Origin: Polyangiaceae bacterium
GTDB taxonomy: Bacteria; Myxococcota_A; Polyangia; Polyangiales; Polyangiaceae
Assembly (NCBI GenBank): GCA_965222375.1
Contig: CBDCTZ010000011.1
Location: 448,001 to 512,000, forward strand
Direction of reading: 5' to 3'
DNA length: 64,000 nucleotides
In this document: piece by piece, positions 10,421 to 20,806 of the stretch
How the letters are laid out: the number at the start of each line of letters is the position of its first letter
Numbering within the stretch: position 1 is the stretch's first letter
Program-made: the position numbers and the translations under genes
Notes under the pieces: generated by a model
What the model was told of the DNA's origin: nothing
Database searches by the model: none
Seen by the model: only the letters and a program-made list of their open reading frames with translations

Positions 10421-11836
10421 TCAAAACCCCCGGGTGACGGCGCTGGTTCTAGCGGGGGTGGGAGCGCAACCTGCCGTTGGGTGTTCACGCAGGTAATTGG
10501 AGTGACTGAGCAGCAGCGCGTGAGCAAGGCGCTGGCCCACGAGATCGGCGCCCTTCTTGGTTAGGTGGTAGAGGTCCTTGCCGGCGAGTCCCTTGTAGTA
10601 GAAGTTTCGCATCGAACCGTCCCCGCCCATGGCAGCCCGCACATCCCAGAACGCGACGTGGCGCTGCTTTGCCGCCGCGCGCAGCTCTTCCACGACGCGC
10701 ACGACTCGAGGATCCGAGGCGGTGCTCGTCTTGGTGCGAACGTGATCCGGCGGGCCGAGAACCAAGACGCTTACCTTGGGGTTGACGGCGCGATGGCGCG
10801 CCAAGAGCGCGTCGAGGCCAGATAGGTTCTCGTTCGAGTTCCAAAAGTTCGTTCCCAACATGAATAGAACGAGATCGTGGGAGCGTTGGGCGAGCATCTT
10901 GCGCGCGCCGGCTTCTTCTAGCTTCGCGATGCCGCCGTAGGTGGCGCCGGTGACTGCGAACGTGTCAACGACGAATCCAGAGGCGCGCTCCAGCACGGCG
11001 CCGAGAAGGTGTACGAACTTGCGGTCCAGGTTTTCGAGGACGATTCGGTGCCGCGTGTCAGGCATCGGTACGGTGTGAGCCGCAACGCCTTCTACCTTCG
11101 CCTGAGTGTCGACTTCCGAAGCGACCTTGTCGTCCACCTGGACCCGAAAGCGCCCACCCTTTTCATGGCGATGATAGAAGACCACGAGCTTGCTGGCGGT
11201 CTGTCCCACGGGCGCCTTGGGGTCTGCGGTGGCCAGCTTCACCTTCGCACCTCGTTCGCCGCTGGCTGCCGACATGCCAGCGGCTCCGAAGCCGCCGACT
11301 CTGGGTTTGGCACCTCGGGTGAAGATGTAGGTTTCCCAGTGCCCCACCATGCGTCGTTTCACGTCTTGGTGCCGGTATCCTCGCCAGGGTGATCCGATCC
11401 CCACGAAGCCGTGTCCACCATCTCCAAAACGGGCTTGGAGTCGGCGCCGTACAGTGCCGGAGATCTGGTCCAAGGTCAGGTTGGAGTCACCATAAAAGAC
11501 AACGCGAACGAGTTGGGATTCGGGGCGCCGGGAAAGTCCCGCCAGCGCCTGGTGGAAGTTGCTTAGGCCGCGGTGCCCTTCGTCTTCAATGCCCGGGATT
11601 TCGGCGGAAATCGGTCCCTTGGGCAACGCCTCGACACTCACACTTGCGGGTGGGCAGACCGGCAAACGCGGCTGTTTGGGCGGCGGCAGAGGGCGTGGAG
11701 CCTCTGCCGCGCTGGCACTGGCCTTCGCTTCGGGCGGCGGGGGAGTGGGGGGCGGCCCGCTACCATGCGCACTGCCACCACAATGGGTGAGGGCGACGGT
11801 GGCGAGTAGGAGCCCGCGCGTCTCAGACCACCACAT
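10421..11836 (-). CDS. SGNH/GDSL-family lipoprotein (PatB/Ape1-like O-acetyl transferase or esterase)
   Basis: Lipobox-like LTHC, GDSN block [18 protein letters not shown] block III and DLYH block V. Confidence 0.75.
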   Translation of the reverse strand: MWWSETRGLLLATVALTHCGGSAHGSGPPPTPPPPEAKASASAAEAPRPLPPPKQPRLPVCPPASVSVEALPKGPISAEIPGIEDEGHRGLSNFHQALAGLSRRPESQLVRVVFYGDSNLTLDQISGTVRRRLQARFGDGGHGFVGIGSPWRGYRHQDVKRRMVGHWETYIFTRGAKPRVGGFGAAGMSAASGERGAKVKLATADPKAPVGQTASKLVVFYHRHEKGGRFRVQVDDKVASEVDTQAKVEGVAAHTVPMPDTRHRIVLENLDRKFVHLLGAVLERASGFVVDTFAVTGATYGGIAKLEEAGARKMLAQRSHDLVLFMLGTNFWNSNENLSGLDALLARHRAVNPKVSVLVLGPPDHVRTKTSTASDPRVVRVVEELRAAAKQRHVAFWDVRAAMGGDGSMRNFYYKGLAGKDLYHLTKKGADLVGQRLAHALLLSHSNYLREHPTAGCAPTPARTSAVTRGF

Positions 11837-12686
11837 CCAACATTTGCAGACGGGTCAGGTAGTCATCGAGTTGGGCGGCGTAGTCGTCGATCAAGAGGTC
11901 TAGGGCAACGACCATCTGCTTCGAGTCACTTGATTCGACGCTGCCGCTTACGGGGAGTTCGCGACCGGGGGCCACCAGCACCCCGCTCCAGTGACTGCTC
12001 TTCTTGCCAGCTGCAGTGCGACCCGCGAAGACGAGCCGCTCTTTGGATATCGCGAGCACAGGCGCGAGGGTCCCGTCATCCAGACGCACAGACGCGGCGG
12101 CGGCTCGAGTGGGTTCGACCAGGTAGCGGCCCTTCTTGTTCTGGGCAATCAAGGTTTCGAGTTCTTCAAACAGCTGCTTGGTCAGAGGCGTGTCTTCCGC
12201 CTCGAGCAAGGCAGCACGCATGCGCTTCATGGCTTTCTGAGTCGAGATGATGTTGCTGCGCATCTCCTTGACCCGCTGCTGATCGCGACCGACCTTGTCG
12301 GCGACGATTCGCAGCAGATTGTGGTGCACTGGAAAAGCGACGTCGCCGTTGCTTTCGCAAAAATCCATCAGGCCTTGCACTGAAATCGAGAGCAGCTTGC
12401 TGGGTGTGCGGGCGACGGCGGTCATGTTGCGAGTTAGGCCGGTTATCGCCCCGAGCTCCCCCACGGGCGCCAGGGGGCGCAGGACGAAGCGCTCTTCTCC
12501 ATCCTCCTGCAGAGCCACTTCCCCTTCCACCAAGATCAAGAAACGTTTCGGAACCTGGGACGCTTCGAACAGCACATCGCCTGCCTTCGCGCCGACCTCG
12601 TCGAAGGCGGAGACCAATTCGGACAAATGTGCCTCGGTGATGTTCGCGAAGAGGGGCAATTGTTTGAGTTGCTGGGGAGTGGTCAT
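11823..12686 (-). CDS. Cyclic nucleotide-binding domain protein
   Basis: LPLFA, GDVLF, LILVEGEV, VGEL..ITG and RNMTAVA form a cNMP domain, followed by a coiled coil and a beta-rich C-terminal domain. Confidence 0.85.
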   Translation of the reverse strand: MTTPQQLKQLPLFANITEAHLSELVSAFDEVGAKAGDVLFEASQVPKRFLILVEGEVALQEDGEERFVLRPLAPVGELGAITGLTRNMTAVARTPSKLLSISVQGLMDFCESNGDVAFPVHHNLLRIVADKVGRDQQRVKEMRSNIISTQKAMKRMRAALLEAEDTPLTKQLFEELETLIAQNKKGRYLVEPTRAAAASVRLDDGTLAPVLAISKERLVFAGRTAAGKKSSHWSGVLVAPGRELPVSGSVESSDSKQMVVALDLLIDDYAAQLDDYLTRLQMLDVVV

Positions 12687-12912
12687 GGTTTTGGCCCTGG
12701 GTGCAAAAAGGGCGCGCAGTATAGCCCCATGCGTGCACGCGAGTCGCCGCGTTGGGCGATTGATTGTCGCCCTTGCTGCTTGGGGGCTACGGCCTGAAGT
12801 CCCTTGGTGGGGCTTCCCCCACCGATCCGGTACAATCGCTCCAGTTTCACTGGAAAAGCGCTACCATCGGTGGACGGGGCTCCTGATGCCGAGAGGTCAG
12901 AGGACGCCCTCC

Positions 12913-13067
12913 GAGCTTGGAGCTGGGGGCACGGATACGGTGTGGCGCGCGAGAGATGAGGGCTTAGGGCGGGCGCCATCGAGCTGATACCCGAGAAGAC
13001 TGGCGGGCTGAGGATATGCAGAGGCGCGAGCCCCGGGGTCAGCCGCCCGAACGTCGTTGCCGTATAG
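12913..13067 (+). pseudogene. Ser/Thr protein kinase N-lobe remnant
   Basis: ELGAGGTDTVWRARDEGLGR, then in shifted frames AIELI, EARA and VSRPNVVAV*. These are decayed Hanks subdomains I-IV. Confidence 0.65.
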
Positions 13068-13228
13068 GCGAACTGGTGCTCGAGGGGCACCTCCAAGTTT
13101 GCTACTCGGTCAATGGGCAGTGTTTCTTCGCGGCCCCAGGTGGACCTGCGGCCCGATCCGAAGCTGGTGACACCCACCCGACCCCGCGGCTGGTGGAACG
13201 CGGGCAGGGCGTACGCTATGAGCATTCC

Positions 13229-13630
13229 GTGGCAAGCAAAGGTCGCCCGTATCGGACCGTCGAGTTCGAAGGTTTCGAAATTCTGATTGGACGCGGCGAC
13301 GCGGACAACGACGAGCTAAGTTTCCGGGTTGCCCGTCCTAACGATATTTGGCTGCACGTCGGCGGTGGCACGCCCGGAAGTCATGTCGTGGTGCGCAACC
13401 CAGAGCACGTGGACGTGCCGCGTTCGGTTATCGAGCGCGCGGCGGCTCACGCGGCGTGGTTCTCGAAAGCGCGCAATGCGTCACGAGTGGACGTGCACTG
13501 GTGCCGAGCCGCGGATGTGAGCAAGCCCCGAGGCGCTAAGCGGGGCTTGGTGCAGCTCAAGCGACACAAGCGGATTCGTGTCGTACCGGAGCCACCTCCC
13601 AAAGTGTCCGAATGCTCGGACGCGCCCTGA
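13229..13630 (+). CDS. Stand-alone NFACT-R (DUF814) RNA-binding domain protein
   Basis: ILIGRGDADNDEL, DIWLHV, PGSHVVVR, AAAHAAWFSKAR and VSKPRGAK.GLV motifs. GTG start inferred. Confidence 0.85.
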   Translation: MASKGRPYRTVEFEGFEILIGRGDADNDELSFRVARPNDIWLHVGGGTPGSHVVVRNPEHVDVPRSVIERAAAHAAWFSKARNASRVDVHWCRAADVSKPRGAKRGLVQLKRHKRIRVVPEPPPKVSECSDAP

Positions 13631-13651
13631 GTCGGCCGACTAAAGCATTCT

Positions 13652-14776
13652 GTGACGGATCCGTTCATGTGGTGTGACCGCATGCTGTGGAGACGTTCCA
13701 ATCCCCCGAAAAAGAGCGAGCGGCCAAGCGTGCCCGTCGCGGAAAACGACTTCGATCGCGCCCTGGACACCCTGACGCTGGTTCTGCGCAAGGTGGGCGA
13801 ACACTCGATGGGCTGTGAGGGTCGAGAGGCCCACGAGACCAAGGAAGAATACGACGACTGGGCCACCCGCCTGTCCTTGGGTCAACCCAAGAAGAACGAT
13901 GACGGAGCGGCGGCTGGCGTCGTGCGGGATTGGGGAGGAGTTCGGCGTTTCGTATCCGAACAGAGGAAAGCCGAACAAGAATATGTCACCCATTCACTAG
14001 GCAATCTGCGAGAAGCGGTTCGCGAGCTGACTCGAGTGACTTGTGACACCCTCGGTGAAGATCGTGATTCGGATCACAGGGTCGAGTCCCAGCTAGGCCA
14101 ATTGGTCGTCGCCCTCAACGACCCGGACACGGACCACTTGCGCCGCGAAGCCAGCGCACTCGCGGATCTGTTGCGAGGCGTTCTGGATCATCGCAAGCGC
14201 CGCGGGGACGACCATGTCAAACGACTGCGGCAACACGTGCGCATTCTGCGGGAGCAGCTGAGCGCGGCGCGAGAGCAGGCCAACACGGACCTGCTGACAG
14301 GGCTGTTCAACGCCGCGGCCTTCCACGAGCAGCTCGCGCGCGTGGCGGAGCTCGGCCTGCTGTTCGATACGGAGCCGTGCCTCGTCGTTCTCGACGTCGA
14401 TGATTTTGCGTCGGTGAACGACCGGCTCGGTCGAGCGGCCGGTGACCGGGCGCTGCGAGAGGTCGCCGACGTCGTGGTGCGCACCTTCCTACGACGCGAG
14501 GACTTCGTGGCGCGCCATGGGGGCGAGTCTTTTGCGGTTGTCGTGCCGGATGGTCGCGTCGAAGCCATGGTTCAGCGCGCGGAACACGTTTGCCAAGCGA
14601 TGGCGGGTCGATCCTTCGAAATTGGCAGTGCCACGCTGCATCTGACCGTTTCCATGGGGTTGGCGTCCATGGTGCCTGGCGAAGCCGCCGACACCTGGCT
14701 GACCCGAGCCGATCAGGCGCTGTATGAGGCCCGACGGGGCGGCGGGAACCGCTTGGTTCTGGCAGCACCGAGCTGA
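13652..14776 (+). CDS. GGDEF-domain protein with a degenerate active site
   Basis: TDLLTGLFN, DVDDFASVNDRLG, RREDFVARHGGESF and ADQALYEAR motifs, with a coiled-coil N-terminus. The start may be 13682. Confidence 0.9.
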   Translation: MTDPFMWCDRMLWRRSNPPKKSERPSVPVAENDFDRALDTLTLVLRKVGEHSMGCEGREAHETKEEYDDWATRLSLGQPKKNDDGAAAGVVRDWGGVRRFVSEQRKAEQEYVTHSLGNLREAVRELTRVTCDTLGEDRDSDHRVESQLGQLVVALNDPDTDHLRREASALADLLRGVLDHRKRRGDDHVKRLRQHVRILREQLSAAREQANTDLLTGLFNAAAFHEQLARVAELGLLFDTEPCLVVLDVDDFASVNDRLGRAAGDRALREVADVVVRTFLRREDFVARHGGESFAVVVPDGRVEAMVQRAEHVCQAMAGRSFEIGSATLHLTVSMGLASMVPGEAADTWLTRADQALYEARRGGGNRLVLAAPS

Positions 14777-14819
14777 CAGCGGTACGCGGCGTTCAGCAAG
14801 TGTGCGATGCTGACGCCCC

Positions 14820-15476
14820 ATGTGGAACAGGGGAGCCCAGAGCTTCGTGGCTGCAGTCGTGCTCGCCGCCTCTAGCGCCTGCTCGACTCACTACACTCCC
14901 CGCGCCGGCCCCCGCATCAGCATGGTGATGGAGGGAGGATCTCCCGCCTACACCAAGAACGGGAAAGTCTACAAGCACGGATTCGCTGGCGGAGGTCTCG
15001 TTGAAGCAGTCTCCGATGATGCTGAGGCCCTCGAAGCCGCCGAGACGTATCAGTCTCGCACGACCACCGGCTTCCTGCTCGTGCTCGCGGGGACGGTTTG
15101 CTTGACAGCGAGCATCGTACTGGTGGCAACTCGGGACCCCTTTGACGAGCGAGATGCATCCAACGACCGGCTGGCCGTTGGTACGGCACTCTGCGGTTTG
15201 GGTGGGTACATTGGCGGCGCCGCCGTGTTGGCCAGTGGGCAGCCGTACCACTTCGATGCGATCAACATCTACAACGACAAGGTCGACAAGCGACGCTTCC
15301 GCCCGTCTGGTGGTTACGGTGCCCCCCCTCATACGCAACCTGTTCCCTACGCACCGCCGCCAGGTGTGGCGCCCCAACGGCCCGCGCCAGTAGCCCCGCC
15401 GCCCGTTGCGCAGCCACCACCAGCGCCACCCGCATCGTCCCCCGCCCCACCTGAAACTCCTGCGCCCCTTCCGTGA
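14820..15476 (+). CDS. Hypothetical membrane lipoprotein with a Pro-rich tail
   Basis: Lipobox SSAC, two hydrophobic segments and a Pro-rich C-terminus. Confidence 0.7.
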   Translation: MWNRGAQSFVAAVVLAASSACSTHYTPRAGPRISMVMEGGSPAYTKNGKVYKHGFAGGGLVEAVSDDAEALEAAETYQSRTTTGFLLVLAGTVCLTASIVLVATRDPFDERDASNDRLAVGTALCGLGGYIGGAAVLASGQPYHFDAINIYNDKVDKRRFRPSGGYGAPPHTQPVPYAPPPGVAPQRPAPVAPPPVAQPPPAPPASSPAPPETPAPLP

Positions 15477-15593
15477 GCCTCGCGGGCTCTGCGGTGCCCA
15501 GCGCTCGCTCCCGGATTCCTGCTGCTTCAGCCAGATCCGCGCGCTGAAATAAACAGGGCGGCTGCATCGAATACTCACGGATCAGGAGGAAAG

Positions 15594-15866
15594 ATGTACG
15601 AGTTACCCGAAGCCCAACCTCTAGACGGTGTCGACCTAGTAGCCATCATTCTGTCGGTATTTGCGCCCGGGTTGGGTCACGTGATCCTCGGGCAAAAGCT
15701 CAAGGGGATTGTGATCCTGGCGCTGGTGGTGGCCTCTTGCGGCGTCGGCTACTTGGTCGCGGCGCTAGTCGCTCTGGACGCTTATTGTCTGGCGCGTGCT
15801 CGCAAGCAGCGCAGTGTCGGCGAGTGGGAGCTTTTTCCCGAGAGTTCCCAGAGCCTCGGGCTGTGA
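15594..15866 (+). CDS. Small membrane protein
   Basis: AGGAGG RBS, the motif LSVFAPGLGHVILGQKLKG, and 2-3 TM helices. Confidence 0.75.
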   Translation: MYELPEAQPLDGVDLVAIILSVFAPGLGHVILGQKLKGIVILALVVASCGVGYLVAALVALDAYCLARARKQRSVGEWELFPESSQSLGL

Positions 15867-15939
15867 ACCCGATCCCTTAAAGGGCGGCGGGCGTTGTCGA
15901 CGGACGCCGCCTGACGCAACTGGCAACGAGCGATCGCTG

Positions 15940-16287
15940 CTACTTCCGCTTCAGAGTTCGGATATGGCCGACCAGGGAATCAAACTGGGCGTCATCGAGT
16001 TCGGCCGCGAAGGGCGGCATCGCGGGCGGCTTGCCGGCCTGGATGGCCTTGCGCAATTTGCTGTCGTTCCGGCTGGCCTGGAACTCCGGGTCGCGCAGGT
16101 CCCTAGCTCTTGGCCCCATGCCGCTGCGGCGAACTCCGTTGCTCGTCAGGCCGTGACAGCGTGCACACTTCGTCGCGAAAAGAGCTGTGCCTTCGGACTT
16201 CTGCGGGGCCACCCCCTTGCCCTTGCAGCCCGATAGGGCGATGGCTGCCGCCCCAGCTGCGATCTAGCTCCACGCCGCGAGCTTCAC
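15940..16287 (-). pseudogene. Monoheme class I cytochrome c lipoprotein with an in-frame TAG in its signal peptide
   Basis: GGAGGG RBS and GTG at 16287 give MKLAAWS*IAAGAAAIALSGC, with TAG at 16264-16266. The downstream CARCH heme motif and AMPPF axial Met are intact. Confidence 0.7.
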
Positions 16288-16386
16288 GATTCCCTCCGAG
16301 GATAGCTATGCCGGAGGTGACGGTGGATTTCAAGCAGCACAGATCATGGATTGATTGCCAAGCGCAGTGCGAGTACGCAGTGCCGT

Positions 16387-17208
16387 GTGGGGCGAAAGTC
16401 ATTGGCAGTTGCGACCGTTGGGATTGCAGTCGGGTTCGCCCACACCGCAACGGCACACCCAGTTAGCAACCCCGCCCCGAAAAAGTACTCGGTGTGGCAG
16501 TCGAAGAAACACACCTACTTCGTCTCTAGCGCTAGCGACGTTGGTATCATCTACGTTCGACCTCACTTGACCCTCGGCTGGGGGGCACCCTTTTGGAACT
16601 TCTTTGGCGTTGACGCCTATGGTGTGGTGACCAACAGCTTCGCTGCTGGATACGTCGGCTTCCGAGCCAATCTGCCGTTCCTCGACGTGCAGATCGGTGG
16701 CCGAACGAGCTACCCATACAATCGACGCCTGCTGCCCAAGCAGAACCGCTATGAAGCGAGTGACCTAGACTTGGGCGATGCAGACAAGCGCTCTACCTAC
16801 AACGTCGTAGAAATCGAGATCACGCCGTTGGCGCCACTCTTCGGAGGAGCGGCATTTGCCGAAATCCATCCGATGTGGTTCGACACTTCCACGGACGTCT
16901 TTCTGTACGAGGAGATCATGCGGGCGGTTGTGGTTCCGCCTTTTGCCATGCGCACCCGGCTTGGTTACGTGAAAGGCATCGACCAACCAGGCAAATGGAA
17001 GATCGGTGGAATGGTCGAGTATCTCGTCACCCCGGGTCGCCCAAAGAACACCACCCGGGTTGGACCCATTTTTCTGGGCAGCTTGACGGATAGCCTTCAA
17101 ATCCTGGCGACCGCCACCTTGCCAGTGGACAGCCCCGACCGGCTGGGGATCTACGAAGGTTCCTACGGGTTCATCGGGCTACGTGGGCGATTCGCCCACC
17201 GTTTTTGA
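16387..17208 (+). CDS. Probable outer-membrane beta-barrel protein
   Basis: Signal-like N-terminus, aromatic amphipathic beta-strands and C-terminal Phe (RFAHRF). Start uncertain (16351 or 16387). Confidence 0.6.
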   Translation: MGRKSLAVATVGIAVGFAHTATAHPVSNPAPKKYSVWQSKKHTYFVSSASDVGIIYVRPHLTLGWGAPFWNFFGVDAYGVVTNSFAAGYVGFRANLPFLDVQIGGRTSYPYNRRLLPKQNRYEASDLDLGDADKRSTYNVVEIEITPLAPLFGGAAFAEIHPMWFDTSTDVFLYEEIMRAVVVPPFAMRTRLGYVKGIDQPGKWKIGGMVEYLVTPGRPKNTTRVGPIFLGSLTDSLQILATATLPVDSPDRLGIYEGSYGFIGLRGRFAHRF

Positions 17209-17210
17209 GG

Positions 17211-17244
17211 GCGGCAGCCCACTCAAGCAGGGGGGGCTGCTGCC
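17211..17244 (+). terminator. GC hairpin after the 17208 stop
   Basis: gcggcagccc...gggctgctgc inverted repeat without a U-tract. Confidence 0.35.
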
Positions 17245-17296
17245 GCGGCGCCGGGGGCTTTCGCGCTAGGTGGAGAGCATGGGTTAGAATTGCGGC

Positions 17297-18436
17297 ATGG
17301 CCAGCAACACCCGTCGACGCCACTTGATTCAGTACTCCACCCGTCTGCTCGGGCTCGCAGCCGCCTTCGGCACCGCAGGCGCCGCCGGCTGCTCGGGACC
17401 CGCCCCAGACGAGAACACGAGCGCCGCTCAGTCGGCGCTTTCGATGGATCTGGTGATCGCCGAGGTCTACGGTGGTGGCGGGAATAGCGGCGCACCCTAT
17501 ACCAACGACTTCGTAGTGATCTTCAATCGCGGGCTGAGCGCGGCGTCCCTCAACGGACTCTCGATCCAGTACGCGTCGGCCGGCGGCGACTTCTCTTCGT
17601 CCAGCGCGATTGCGCTGCCTAATGTAATGGTGCAGCCAGGCAAGTACTTCCTGCTTCAGATGGGCGGTGGCTCCAACGGCGTCGCGCTGCCCACACCGGA
17701 CGCCACGGCAACGACGAACATGTCGGGTACGAACGGCAAGGTAGCCCTGGTCTCCGTGCCCCTCGACGCTTGTGGCAAGACGGCGAGCCCTTGCCCCACC
17801 ACGAACGTCGTCGACTTCGTGGGATATGGCAACGCTCAGCAGTTCGAAGGCTCCGGCGCGACGGGTACCCTCAGCAATACCAAGAGTGCTCAGCGCAAAG
17901 GCGCTGGCTGCATCGAGACCGACGACAACGCCGCTGACTTCGATACTGCGGCACCAACGCCACGCAATTCGGCAACGGCTGCTGCTAGCTGCACCGGCGT
18001 GGATGCGGGAACTGGGGGCACTGGCGGTGCAGGCACGGGCGGCGCCGGAACCGGCGGCGCGGGGACCGGTGGTGCGGCGACCGGCGGGAGCGCAGGCAGT
18101 GGCGGTGCGGCGACGGGCGGGGCCGCCGGGAGCGGTGGCGCGGCGACCGGGGGTGCTGGTGGCGTGGCCACGGGTGGAACAAGTGGCAGCGCAGGTACCG
18201 GAACCGGGGGAGGCAGCGCAGGCACGGCGACCGGCGGCGCGAGCAGTGGCGGCGCGGGAGGCAATACCGGCGGGTTCGGAAACTTCGGCGGCAACCTGAA
18301 CAACCCCGGGAGCACCAGCAAGAAGGACGACAGCGGCTGCAGCTGCCGCATGCCGCGGAGCAGCAACACGCCAGGTCAGGCCTGGTTGCTCAGCCTGCTC
18401 GGTCTGGGGCTATTGACCTACCGTCGTCGTCGCTGA
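17297..18436 (+). CDS. Lamin-tail-domain surface protein with MYXO-CTERM
   Basis: LVIAEVYGGGGNSGAPYTNDFVVIFN lamin-tail domain, a GTGGA repeat linker, and the tail GCSC...WLLSLLGLGLLTYRRRR. Confidence 0.9.
   Translation: MASNTRRRHLIQYSTRLLGLAAAFGTAGAAGCSGPAPDENTSAAQSALSMDLVIAEVYGGGGNSGAPYTNDFVVIFNRGLSAASLNGLSIQYASAGGDFSSSSAIALPNVMVQPGKYFLLQMGGGSNGVALPTPDATATTNMSGTNGKVALVSVPLDACGKTASPCPTTNVVDFVGYGNAQQFEGSGATGTLSNTKSAQRKGAGCIETDDNAADFDTAAPTPRNSATAAASCTGVDAGTGGTGGAGTGGAGTGGAGTGGAATGGSAGSGGAATGGAAGSGGAATGGAGGVATGGTSGSAGTGTGGGSAGTATGGASSGGAGGNTGGFGNFGGNLNNPGSTSKKDDSGCSCRMPRSSNTPGQAWLLSLLGLGLLTYRRRR
18004..18290 (+). repeat. Coding Gly/Thr/Ala pentapeptide repeats (GTGGA/ATGGA)
   Basis: Imperfect 15-nt repeats encoding a flexible linker. 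Confidence 0.8.
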
Positions 18437-18474
18437 GTCATCCGGCGCGCCGCAGGTCACAGCCGGTGGCGCGC

Positions 18475-19434
18475 TCACGGCTTGGGTGGCGACAGGAAGC
18501 CGACAACGCTCTTCTGCGTTGCGTCGGGCTTCTCGAACCACGGCGAGTGGCCCGTGCCCTGGAGTACGTCGAAGCTGGTAGTAGCATTGTCGAATGCGCC
18601 TTGTATGTGCTTTCCGAGTTCGACCCCGAGCGGATCGCTTTCGCCGAGGATGATGTGGACCCGCCCAGAGAACTGAAGCGCTCCGGAGTAGTCGTATCCC
18701 GGGAAGAAGACGGCTTCGTTCGTGGCATTCGAGGTCGACTGGCTACAGGTCGTCTGCTTTAGGTCCTCTGAGACCCTGTGCGCTGGGTCGTGGAAGTAAG
18801 CGGGGGTCACCGCAAGCACCCCCGGCATGCAGTTGTCACCGACGGGCGGAGGCAACGGGTCCGGGATCTTGCCTTCGGCTTGTAGCTTGGCAGTTTTTGC
18901 CAGCAAACGACCACGCGCCTCGTCATTTGGCGGCTTGGTTGGCGCAAGGGCACCGATCAAGATCAGCCCCGAGACTTTGGTCGGGTGTTTCGAGATGCAC
19001 GCCCAGGCGATCAACCCGCCCCAGGAGTGGGCCAACAGCACTACTGGGTTGGCTCCAGAATCGGCCCGCACGGTCTCCAGGTCCCCCACATAGGCATCCA
19101 TGCTGAAATCAGGGGGCTCCGGCTTGCTCGATGCGCCCGCGCCTCGCTAATCAAAGCTGATGACCGCGCGCTGGGGACCCGCGAGCGCTTCTAGCGGGCG
19201 CATGTAGCGGCTGGACAGAGCTGGCCCTCCGTGAATCAACACCAGAGTGTGGCCGGCATTCTGCGGCCCACGGCGCCGGACGAAGAGTTCGACACCTCCG
19301 GCTCCGAGCTTGTGCTCTTTCACGACCACGCTGCGTCCTTCTAGACTCGCATCGGTGGGCTTGGGTGAGTCCTGGGGCGTGGATTTCGAGCAGGCCGCGA
19401 GAGCGAAAGCCAACAGCACGCTCCCGCGAAGCAT
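18475..19434 (-). pseudogene. Alpha/beta hydrolase lipoprotein (proline iminopeptidase-like) interrupted by a single TAG
   Basis: One frame: lipobox LAAC, LIHGGP, ISFD*RGAG (TAG at 19147-19149 where DQRG is expected), AHSWGG nucleophile elbow, GESD and TGHSPW. Confidence 0.85.
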
Positions 19435-20723
19435 CAGTCCAGGGTGCCCGCCAAGCGTGCCAGGGTGTGCTGGATGACGTCGGCCCTTACGCCCAGCCGC
19501 TCTGCGGCTACGGCAATCGCTTCGACTTCAGCCTCGTGGAGCTTGCGGTCCGCAAGCGCGATGGTCACGAGGTCTTCGATGATCTTGTGCCGTGACGCGC
19601 GACCCAGTTTCATTTTCAGGTTTCGGCCCAGCTGGCCCATCTTCTCGGCGTGCTCTTCTTCTGACAGCTCGGCCAATGCTTTTCGAGCGCCGGACACGCC
19701 TCGCTTGCCGACGAGCTTGCCAAGCGCTTTCTTTTCACCACGAGCGACGCTGCCGTCTGCCAACGCCACCGCGTAACCGGCGAGGGCGAGGTACTCACGC
19801 ACGACAGGGGTCACGTCCGAATCGTCTCGCAAAAAGCTGGGGTCCATCACCTGCATTACCGCACGAACTTCGCGTCCCAATGCAGCCTTGTCCAGAAGCT
19901 CTCCCCGGCCCCCAAGCAAACGATGAAATTTCGCTTCCTCCGGGTTGCGGCCGCAAAGCTCGTGGTAGCCGACGGATCTCGAAAAAGCGTCCAGGGCTTT
20001 GATTCTGAGTGGGCTGTACGGGTGAGTCGAGAACCAATCGTCCTCGGAGTTCTCCAAGTGTTCGCTCTTCACGTCGGCGTACTGTGTTGCGCACTCCGAT
20101 GCGTGCTGAATGAAGCGGGCCCCGCTGAGCCCACTGGTCAGTTTGAAGAACGCACGCACCGCGGCATCAAAGTCGTCACAGGACAACAACCCCACGCGAT
20201 CCGCGCTCAGCTCCGCGTATCTCATCCAGGCGCACAGCCGCGCGATATGGATCGGCGCCAGCTGGTCATCGTCCAAGAAGGCGTCGGGAGAGAGCTGAAA
20301 GTGGTCGAAGACCGCATGCCCCATCTCGTGGCCGATGACGAAGTGCAGTTCTTCGTTGTCCAACTGTTCCAACGTGGCGCTGGTGATCCCCATCAGCAGC
20401 TTCCCGCGCTCCGGGGGCACGACGAAGGCGTTGATCTCCGAGCCGCTGACGCAATACACCTCGACGGGCGTCTCCAGGCCGAGCACGGTCTGGATGTGCG
20501 ACAGCGCTCCGAAGACTTCCGGTGAGAGCTTTTCCGTCAGCCGAAGCGCGCTCAGAAGCAGGTGGCGTCGCGCATTCAAACTCGGCGATTCAGCTCGGTC
20601 CAGAATCGACTTGAACCGCTTGTCCGCTAGAAGCGCGCGTCGCATTTCGACTTCGCCATCGAAAACCACACGGTCCAAGTCCAAAGTGCAACGGACACCA
20701 CGCTTGAAGTCGCCCAGAACCAT
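19434..20723 (-). CDS. M48 (Ste24/HtpX) metalloprotease with a C-terminal TerB-like domain
   Basis: INAF, FVIGHEMGH (HExxH), AELSADR and STHP motifs, plus two TerB-type repeats VALADGSV...E and IALADRKL...E. Confidence 0.85.
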   Translation of the reverse strand: MVLGDFKRGVRCTLDLDRVVFDGEVEMRRALLADKRFKSILDRAESPSLNARRHLLLSALRLTEKLSPEVFGALSHIQTVLGLETPVEVYCVSGSEINAFVVPPERGKLLMGITSATLEQLDNEELHFVIGHEMGHAVFDHFQLSPDAFLDDDQLAPIHIARLCAWMRYAELSADRVGLLSCDDFDAAVRAFFKLTSGLSGARFIQHASECATQYADVKSEHLENSEDDWFSTHPYSPLRIKALDAFSRSVGYHELCGRNPEEAKFHRLLGGRGELLDKAALGREVRAVMQVMDPSFLRDDSDVTPVVREYLALAGYAVALADGSVARGEKKALGKLVGKRGVSGARKALAELSEEEHAEKMGQLGRNLKMKLGRASRHKIIEDLVTIALADRKLHEAEVEAIAVAAERLGVRADVIQHTLARLAGTLD

Positions 20724-20806
20724 GCCTCAGCGTGGCCCCGGGGACGACTTGTCGTCAATCCGAGAAAGGCGCGGGGACTTTCCCAGGGTGATGTGACGAC
20801 GACGAC

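Noticed and set aside
7678..19434. Genome-wide TAG reassignment (alternative genetic code)
   Set aside because: ndk and sucD end at TAG at their expected C-termini, so TAG is a normal stop here.
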